A stretch of DNA of 64,000 nt, taken from positions 4,962-68,961 of the forward strand of contig JAUIML010000001.1 of NCBI GenBank assembly GCA_030432715.1. The letters run 5' to 3'. The DNA comes from Acidimicrobiia bacterium. Its GTDB lineage: Bacteria > Actinomycetota > Acidimicrobiia > Acidimicrobiales > Aldehydirespiratoraceae. The position numbers and the translations under genes are program-made. The notes below the pieces were generated by a model. It was not told the origin of the DNA. It worked only from the letters and a program-made list of their open reading frames with translations, and did no database searches. Below, piece by piece: positions 57,683 to 64,000 of the stretch (position 1 is its first letter; every line of letters starts with the position of its first letter).

Positions 57683-60109
57683 ATGGACACCAGCTCGATC
57701 GATGTCGAACCCGGCCACTTCTTCCTCGGCCCCGTCGAGGGCGCTTCCGATGGCGAGAACCTGATCTACGAGGCCGCCGACCTGACGACCCACGGGGTCA
57801 TCGTCGGCATGACCGGTTCGGGCAAGACCGGTCTGGGGATGATCCTGCTGGAGGAAGCCCTCCTCCAGGGCATCCCGACGCTCGTGATCGACCCGAAGGG
57901 CGACATGGGCAACCTGCTGCTGACGTTCCCCGACCTGGCGCCGTCGGACTTCCGCCCGTGGATCAACGAGGGCGAAGCACAGCGTGAGGGAGTGACGCCG
58001 GAGGCCCTCGCCGCTTCCACCGCCGAGATGTGGGAGAACGGCCTGGCCGGATCCGGCATCGGGAAGGACCGCATCGCCCGCCTCCGGGAGATCGCCGACT
58101 TCACGATCTACACCCCCGGTTCGGAGGCCGGCGTCGGCCTGAATGTCATCGGCGACCTCTCCGCCCCCGCGGCCGACACCGACGAGGAGTCGATCCGAGA
58201 GGAGATCGACGGCCTGGTCCAGGGGCTGCTCGCCCTCGTCGGTGTCTCGTCGGACCCGTTGTCGGGCCGAGAACACGTCCTGCTCGCCAACCTCGTGCAC
58301 CACGCCTGGTCCGCGGGCACCGACCTCGACCTCGCGTCGCTCCTCGCCCAGATACAGAACCCGCCGATGCGAAAGCTCGGCGTGATCGAGCTCGACACGT
58401 TCTTCCCGCCGGCGGACCGGACCGCCCTCGCCCTGAAGCTCAACGGTCTCCTGGCCTCACCGTCGTTCGCCGCGTGGGGGGAGGGTGTGCCCCTCGACAT
58501 CGCCTCGATGCTGGAAGGCGACAGCGGCAAGCCCAAGGCCGCCATCGTCTCGATCGCGCACCTCTCCGACGACGAGCGCCAGTTCGCGGTCACCCTGATC
58601 CTGTCGAAGCTGGTGACGTGGATGCGATCCCAGCCGGGCAGCCCCGATCTCCGGGCGCTCGTGTACATGGACGAGGTGTTCGGCTTCGTCCCGCCCACCG
58701 CACAGCCGCCCGCCAAGCGCCCGATCCTCACGATCCTGAAGCAGGCCCGGGCCTTCGGTGTGGGCATGGTCCTCTCCACCCAGAACCCCGTCGACCTCGA
58801 CTACAAGGCCATCAGCAACGCCGGCACCTGGATGATCGGCCGACTCCAGACCGAGCGGGACAAGGCCCGGCTCCTGGAAGGCATGCGAGCCGCGGGCGGC
58901 GATGCCGACATCGACGCGATCGGCGACACCATCGGCGGTCTCGGCAAGCGCAGGTTCCTGCTCCACACGACGCGCGGCGGGGCACCGATCACCTTCGGCA
59001 CCCGCTGGGCGATGTCGTACCTGCCGGGACCGCTCACCCGCGACCAGATCGGGGTGCTGATGGCCGACCGGCGGACCGAACTGGCGGCGTCGACGGCGCC
59101 TTCCCCGTCCCCCACCGCCCCCACTGCGGCTCCCGCCGCCGCTCCGGCTGCGGCGCCCGCCCCGCCCCTGGCCGACGACGAATCGGCGGTGGCCCCCGAG
59201 GTGGCCGACGGCGTCGAGATCGCGTATCTCGACCCGGCCGCCCCCTGGGGCGAGCTGATCGGGGCGAGCCCCGGCGGACGCCGTCTCCAGCCGGCCCTGG
59301 CCGCCCGGGTCAGCCTCCTCTTCGACGACACGAAGAGCGACCTGCGCCACGAAGCAGAGTGGGAGGCGGTCGTCGGACCTCTCGGAACCGATGTCGACGG
59401 CGACGACTTCATCGCGGTCGACTACGACGACCGCGACCTTCGCCCCGAGCCCCCGGACGGGGCCGTCTACGTGTTGCCCGACGGCAAGATCCACACCAAG
59501 ACGTACTTCAACGACGCCCAGCGCACGCTCAAGGACCACCTCTACCGCAACGAGGTGCTCACCCTCATGCACAACCCCGAACTCGAGCTCTACTCGAGGG
59601 TCGGCGAGTCGGCGGAGGAGTTCGCCGAGCGGTGCCGTCGGGCCGGCGAGGACCGGGCCGACGAGGAGGCCGATGAGCTGCGGGCCGACATGGCGAAGAA
59701 GGAGGATCGGGTGAAGGCGGCGATCGCGAAGGCCGAGGATCGGCTCCGCGAGCTCGAGTCCGACTCGAAGGACCGGAAGCGAAACGAGCTGCTCAGCGGC
59801 GCGATCGATGTGATCGGGGGCCTCTTCGGCGGGAAGTCCTCGCGCTCGATCCTGGGAGGGGTCCGCCGAGCGAGCTCGTCGCGGCGGACGTCCGCCAACG
59901 CCGCGGAGCGGGTGGCCACGGCGAAGAACCGGCTCGAGGAGAAGCTCGACGAACTCGAGGAGCTCGCCGACGTGCTGGTCGAAGCGCTCCAGGACTCCCA
60001 GGATGCCTGGGCCGAGGCCGCGGCCACGATCGAGACCTTCGAGGTCGGCCTCGAGAAGACCGACATCGCCGTCGAGGACCTCGTCCTCGTCTGGGTACCG
60101 ACCGACTGA
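57683..60109 (+). CDS. HerA/DUF853(YjgR)-like P-loop NTPase with a long C-terminal extension
   Basis: HGVIVGMTGSGKTGLGMILLEEALLQGIPTLVIDPKGD (Walker A), LVYMDEVFGF (Walker B), GVGMVLSTQNPVDLD. These are followed by a Pro/Ala linker, an extra domain and a charged coiled-coil tail. Confidence 0.8.
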   Translation: MDTSSIDVEPGHFFLGPVEGASDGENLIYEAADLTTHGVIVGMTGSGKTGLGMILLEEALLQGIPTLVIDPKGDMGNLLLTFPDLAPSDFRPWINEGEAQREGVTPEALAASTAEMWENGLAGSGIGKDRIARLREIADFTIYTPGSEAGVGLNVIGDLSAPAADTDEESIREEIDGLVQGLLALVGVSSDPLSGREHVLLANLVHHAWSAGTDLDLASLLAQIQNPPMRKLGVIELDTFFPPADRTALALKLNGLLASPSFAAWGEGVPLDIASMLEGDSGKPKAAIVSIAHLSDDERQFAVTLILSKLVTWMRSQPGSPDLRALVYMDEVFGFVPPTAQPPAKRPILTILKQARAFGVGMVLSTQNPVDLDYKAISNAGTWMIGRLQTERDKARLLEGMRAAGGDADIDAIGDTIGGLGKRRFLLHTTRGGAPITFGTRWAMSYLPGPLTRDQIGVLMADRRTELAASTAPSPSPTAPTAAPAAAPAAAPAPPLADDESAVAPEVADGVEIAYLDPAAPWGELIGASPGGRRLQPALAARVSLLFDDTKSDLRHEAEWEAVVGPLGTDVDGDDFIAVDYDDRDLRPEPPDGAVYVLPDGKIHTKTYFNDAQRTLKDHLYRNEVLTLMHNPELELYSRVGESAEEFAERCRRAGEDRADEEADELRADMAKKEDRVKAAIAKAEDRLRELESDSKDRKRNELLSGAIDVIGGLFGGKSSRSILGGVRRASSSRRTSANAAERVATAKNRLEEKLDELEELADVLVEALQDSQDAWAEAAATIETFEVGLEKTDIAVEDLVLVWVPTD

Positions 60110-60340
60110 CCGGATCGTCACCGAACCGACACACAATCGCCACACTCCCGGTGCCCGGGATTCTCACGCAGTGTGCCACTCTGTAGTCGAGAGTCGGGTC
60201 TGCGGACGCTGCGTGCCCGATTCCCGGCGACATCCCACAGCTTGGCGGCAGCAGATGAACGACACTCACTGGGGACTTTGGCCTACTGACGGCCCGTGTC
60301 TCAACGTCTACGCTCGGAGTCCGAGCGTGCTTCGATACCC

Positions 60341-61840
60341 ATGACCTCCACCGACATCCCCCCCACGTCCATCCATGAGCCTTCGGCTCCTGTGGTCCTT
60401 TATCCCGACAGCGAATCGCTGCCGGGTTCACCGACGCGTCAGAATTCACTGAACGCGAGCAAGGTCACGCTCGTCATCGCCGACCTGCTCATGGTGTCCA
60501 TCGCGCTGGTCGCCGGCACCTGGATCAACGAATGGCTCAACCCGGGCGACCCGACGAGCGTTCGCGACTACATGGCGCTCGTCCTGTTGTCGGTTCCCGT
60601 CTGGCCGATGGTGTTCACGCAACAGCTCCTCTACCGCGCGCGCTATCTCAGCCGTCGTATCGACGAGACGACACGGGTGATCCGCAGCGTCGCCATCGGT
60701 GTGCTCCTCACCGGCGGCCTCAGCATCCTCCTCAAGGTGACCATCGGCCGCTGGTGGGTCCTGATCATCTCCGCCCTGCTGTTGGTGCTGCTCGTGTCCG
60801 AACGCCTCCTGGCCCGGTCGCTGTTCGATCGGGCCCGGCGCAACGGCACCCTCCTGCGCCCCGTCGTCATCGCCGGTCGCAACGCCGAGGGACAGTTCGT
60901 GCGCGACATGATCGAAGCGGACCCCGCGCTCGGCTACGTGTTCCACGGGTTCGTGGAGGATCTCGTCGAACGCGAACCGGGCGAGTCGCCGCTGGCCCTG
61001 CTCGGGAATCCCGGCAAGGTCGTCGACAAGCTCAACGAGATGCAGGTCAACAGCGTGATCGTCGCGGCCACCGCCATCGACGTGGGGAGCTCGAACCGGC
61101 TCATCCGGTCGCTCACCGAGCACGGCATCCACGTCGAACTCTCGTCGACCCTCGCCGACATCGCCGCCCACCGCCTCACGGTGCGTCCCGTCGGACGCGT
61201 GCCGATGATGTACGTCGAGCCCATCCGGCGCACGGGCTGGCGACCGCGGGCCAAGCGGCTCTTCGACATCGTCGCCGCTTCGGTGCTGCTGATCCTGGCC
61301 GCGCCGCTGTTCATCGTCGCAGCGCTCGCGGTGAAGCTGACGAGCCCCGGCGGTGCGATCTTCTCCCAGTCCCGGGTCGGTCGCGACGGCGAGCTGTTCT
61401 CGATGCACAAGCTCCGTACGATGGTGGCCGACGCCGAGGCCCGGCTCGAATCCGTCGAGCACCTGTCGACGACGACCGGGCCGCTGTTCAAGATCGAGGA
61501 CGACCCCCGCATCACCTCGGTGGGCAAGTGGCTGCGCAAGCTCTCGATCGACGAGCTCCCCCAGCTCTTCAACGTCCTGAAGGGCGAGATGAGTCTGGTC
61601 GGTCCCCGTCCGGCACTGCCCCGCGAGGTCGAGGCGTGGGACAAGGAGCTCCACAACCGCCTGCGGGTCCAGCCCGGCATCACCGGCATGTGGCAGGTCA
61701 TGGGTCGCAGCGAGGGCGACCACGACTCGAAGTACGCCCAGCTCGACCTCTACTATGTCGACAACTGGAGTCTGGTTACCGATTTGGTGATCGTTGCCCG
61801 TACCATCCCCGTCGTGTTGGGACGTAAGGGTCAGTACTGA
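60341..61840 (+). CDS. Polyprenyl-phosphate glycosyl-1-phosphate transferase (WbaP/exopolysaccharide sugar transferase family)
   Basis: N-terminal TM bundle. C-terminal KRLFDIVAASVLLILAAPLF...FSMHKLRTM...DELPQLFNVLKGEMSLVGPRP. Confidence 0.9.
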   Translation: MTSTDIPPTSIHEPSAPVVLYPDSESLPGSPTRQNSLNASKVTLVIADLLMVSIALVAGTWINEWLNPGDPTSVRDYMALVLLSVPVWPMVFTQQLLYRARYLSRRIDETTRVIRSVAIGVLLTGGLSILLKVTIGRWWVLIISALLLVLLVSERLLARSLFDRARRNGTLLRPVVIAGRNAEGQFVRDMIEADPALGYVFHGFVEDLVEREPGESPLALLGNPGKVVDKLNEMQVNSVIVAATAIDVGSSNRLIRSLTEHGIHVELSSTLADIAAHRLTVRPVGRVPMMYVEPIRRTGWRPRAKRLFDIVAASVLLILAAPLFIVAALAVKLTSPGGAIFSQSRVGRDGELFSMHKLRTMVADAEARLESVEHLSTTTGPLFKIEDDPRITSVGKWLRKLSIDELPQLFNVLKGEMSLVGPRPALPREVEAWDKELHNRLRVQPGITGMWQVMGRSEGDHDSKYAQLDLYYVDNWSLVTDLVIVARTIPVVLGRKGQY

Positions 61841-63144
61841 CCGGCCCGGCCGAACGGGTCCGCACCGGACCCACCGGTCTCGCCGCTCGCTTCATCCGAT
61901 CTGAACGGGGTCGGGGGTTCGTCGCGTTCCGGCACGCGGCCTACCGGCTGATCTTCACCGGCTTCCTCATTCAGCAGATCGGGTTCTGGATGAGCCACGT
62001 CACGCTGCAAGGGCTCGTCGAGGATCGCGCCGCCGACGGCGACAACCTGGCCGTCACCTGGCTGTTCGTGGCCCTCTTCGTCCCCCAGTTGGTGATCGGA
62101 CCGTTCGCCGGCGTGCTCGCCGACCGTCTCGAACGTCGGCGCGTCGTGGTCGCCTGCTACATCGCCGGCGCGACGACCGCCGCAGCGCTCGCCGTCCTCA
62201 CCGCCGCAAGCGACGCCCCGCCGTTGTGGGCGGTCTACCTGCTCGCCCTGGCGCTCGGCAGCAGCTTCTCGTTCATCGGACCGTCGGCGGGCGCACTGGT
62301 GGTCAACAGCGTCCACGCCGACGACGTCGCCAGCGCGATCTCGATGCAGGCGGCGGTGCAGAACATGACACGGGTGGCCGGCCCGATCCTCGCGGCCGGC
62401 ATCATCGCGTCCGGGCGGTTCCACCTCGGCTTCGCCGGCTTCGCGCTGGCGACGGCGACCGCCGCGCTGCTGATGACGCGGGTCGAGGTCGCACCCCACG
62501 AGATCGTCCCCGACTCGCTCGGCGTCTTCGGCCGGATGGCCGTCGGGTTCCGTCACGCCCGCGAACGCACTCCGGCCGTCCTGGCCATCGCCACCGTCGC
62601 CGTGGCCTCGGTCTTCGGTGTCGCCCACACCGCGCTGATCCCTTCCTTCACCAGCGAGGTGCTCGGCGAGGACGCGGGTCGGTTCGGGGTGATCGTCGCC
62701 GCCACCGGAATCGGCGCGATCGTGGGGGCGCTCACGGTCGGCTACTCGAAGCGGGAGCCGAGCATGACCCGCGGGGCCGCCTCGTTGTTCCTCTACGGGA
62801 TCTGCCTCACGGGGTTCGCGATGTCGGAGACGTTGGCCGTGGCCGTTGCGTGGCAGGTGGTCCTGGGCTTCTTCTACTTCGGCACGATGACGACGCTGCA
62901 GACGCTCGTGCAGCAGGTCGTGGCCGACGACATGCGGGGTCGCGTGATGTCGCTCTTCGGGATCGCCTGGGGCGGGCTCGTCTGGGTCGGCACGCTGATC
63001 CTCGGGCTCGCAGCCGACTCCCGGGGTCTCGATCTCGGCGAACGCACCACCCTGTTGAGCACCGGCGCCGTGCTGATGGTCTACGGCGCGGTCGTTTCCT
63101 TCGCGAGCCGCAGCATGCCCACCGGTTCCAGTTACCCCGACTGA
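61837..63144 (+). CDS. MFS transporter (MFS_3/EntS-like); likely non-canonical start
   Basis: 12-TM protein. The conserved N-terminal FRHAAYRLIFTGFLIQQIGFW lies in frame upstream of the first ATG (61990), and there is no ATG/GTG/TTG back to the in-frame TAA at 61825. CTG 61837 overlaps the upstream TGA. Confidence 0.8.
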   Translation: MTGPAERVRTGPTGLAARFIRSERGRGFVAFRHAAYRLIFTGFLIQQIGFWMSHVTLQGLVEDRAADGDNLAVTWLFVALFVPQLVIGPFAGVLADRLERRRVVVACYIAGATTAAALAVLTAASDAPPLWAVYLLALALGSSFSFIGPSAGALVVNSVHADDVASAISMQAAVQNMTRVAGPILAAGIIASGRFHLGFAGFALATATAALLMTRVEVAPHEIVPDSLGVFGRMAVGFRHARERTPAVLAIATVAVASVFGVAHTALIPSFTSEVLGEDAGRFGVIVAATGIGAIVGALTVGYSKREPSMTRGAASLFLYGICLTGFAMSETLAVAVAWQVVLGFFYFGTMTTLQTLVQQVVADDMRGRVMSLFGIAWGGLVWVGTLILGLAADSRGLDLGERTTLLSTGAVLMVYGAVVSFASRSMPTGSSYPD

Positions 63145-63168
63145 TCCGTGATTCTCTAGGGTTCGGTC

Positions 63169-64000
63169 ATGATCGATCCGCGCCCCCTCGACATTCTCGA
63201 CGGCGACTTCTACGTCGACGACCCGTACTCCCGCTACGCGTGGCTCCGCGAGCACTCGCCGCTGCACTGGGACGACATCAACGAGCTGTGGGTCGTCACC
63301 CGCTACGACGACATCGTCGAGATCGAGAAGAACAAGCGGGTCTTCATCAACTCGGACAAGGAGAAGGGCGGCTACCGCCCGAACATCCCGGCCGATGAAT
63401 CGATCATCGGCAACGACGACCCGCTCCATCTCGCCCGTCGAAATCTCGTCAGTCGCCGCTTCACCCCTCGAGCCGTCCGCCGCTGGGAGGACCACGTGCT
63501 CGACACCGTCGACACCCTGCTCGATGCGGCGATCGAGAAGGGCCGAGCCGAGATCGTCAGCGAGCTGGCCGCCCCGCTCCCCGCGCAGATGATCGGACTC
63601 CTGCTCGGCTTCCCCGACGAGATGTGGCCCAAGCTCCAGCACTGGTCGGAGACGACGATCGCGCTCGGCGGCGGACCCCGCTACCACGACGAGGAGGGCA
63701 TCATCTCGGCGATGGAGTTCGCCGGCGCGGCCACCGAACTCTACGAGGCGAAGAAGGGCTGCCCGGCCGACGACGTCATGTCGCACTGGATCGACGTCGA
63801 GCGAGAGGGTGGCGGCGAAGTCGGCGGCTCGCCCTTCGGCCTCGATCAGATCATCTCCGACTGCCTGCTCCTGCTCGACGGTGGGGCCGAGACCACCCGG
63901 ACGGTCATCGCCCGGACCCTGCTCGCCCTGGCCGACCATCCCGCGGAGTGGGCGAAGCTCCAGGCCGGTGCCGACATGGAGGTCGCGGTCGAGGAGTTCA
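63169..64000 (+). CDS. Cytochrome P450, 3'-partial (runs off window)
   Basis: WVVTRYDDIVEIEKN, DPLHLARRNLVSRRFTPRAV and I-helix LLLLDGGAETT. The heme-Cys loop lies beyond the window. Confidence 0.85.
   Translation, partial: MIDPRPLDILDGDFYVDDPYSRYAWLREHSPLHWDDINELWVVTRYDDIVEIEKNKRVFINSDKEKGGYRPNIPADESIIGNDDPLHLARRNLVSRRFTPRAVRRWEDHVLDTVDTLLDAAIEKGRAEIVSELAAPLPAQMIGLLLGFPDEMWPKLQHWSETTIALGGGPRYHDEEGIISAMEFAGAATELYEAKKGCPADDVMSHWIDVEREGGGEVGGSPFGLDQIISDCLLLLDGGAETTRTVIARTLLALADHPAEWAKLQAGADMEVAVEEF

Noticed and set aside
60110-60340. 231-bp lower-GC intergenic region before the sugar transferase, with small hairpins (for example cgctcgg-agt-ccgagcg at 60311-60327). Considered as a riboswitch or ncRNA.
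   Set aside because: I cannot recognise any known riboswitch consensus, and the stems are short. It is probably a promoter/5'UTR region. There is not enough evidence to call a feature.

Overview
64-kb window of about 70% GC with clear Actinomycetota hallmarks: a WhiB-family regulator, an ImuA'-ImuB / DnaE2 SOS mutasome with TCGAAC-N4-GTTCG LexA boxes, Tat and lipoprotein signals, and many 4-nt start/stop overlaps. I call about 55 protein-coding genes. By eye I found no rRNA, tRNA, CRISPR array, transposase or integrase. Gene content from left to right is as follows. (1) 1-11.3 kb: a tightly coupled operon of unknown membrane protein, ABC ATPase, ABC-2 permease, coiled-coil/Gly-Ser-Asp-rich membrane protein, MoxR AAA+, DUF58 and a 1500-aa BatA/triple-vWA protein. 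(2) 11.1-18.4 kb, minus strand: ccmF-family heme lyase, NAD(P)-binding protein, dnaE2 and an O-antigen-ligase-like protein. (3) 18.4-29.4 kb: acyl-CoA dehydrogenases, an amidohydrolase and an unusual LIV-type ABC importer (LivH-LivM-LivG triple fusion plus an MFS::LivF fusion). This block is bracketed by a 38-bp inverted repeat. (4) 29.4-34.8 kb: a MarR regulator, a heterodimeric ABC exporter and a membrane protein. (5) 34.9-38.5 kb: an HNH endonuclease remnant, a lipoprotein, imuB-imuA', and divergent from these a small ORF with an in-frame TGA followed by a SECIS-like hairpin. (6) 38.8-47.4 kb: DUF1801 protein, methyltransferase, Tat-PhoD, lipoproteins, SnoaL-like protein, NUDIX hydrolase and a P-type ATPase. 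(7) 47.4-57.7 kb: CoA-thioester catabolic genes (crotonase, SDRs, CoA-transferase, ALDH, thiolase, amidohydrolase) together with a lipid kinase, an FGE and WhiB. (8) 57.7-64 kb: a HerA/DUF853-like NTPase, a polyprenyl-phosphate sugar transferase, an MFS transporter and a 3'-partial P450. The strongest lead is the candidate selenoprotein at 38180-38488. All functional calls come from motif recognition by eye, and no database search was run.
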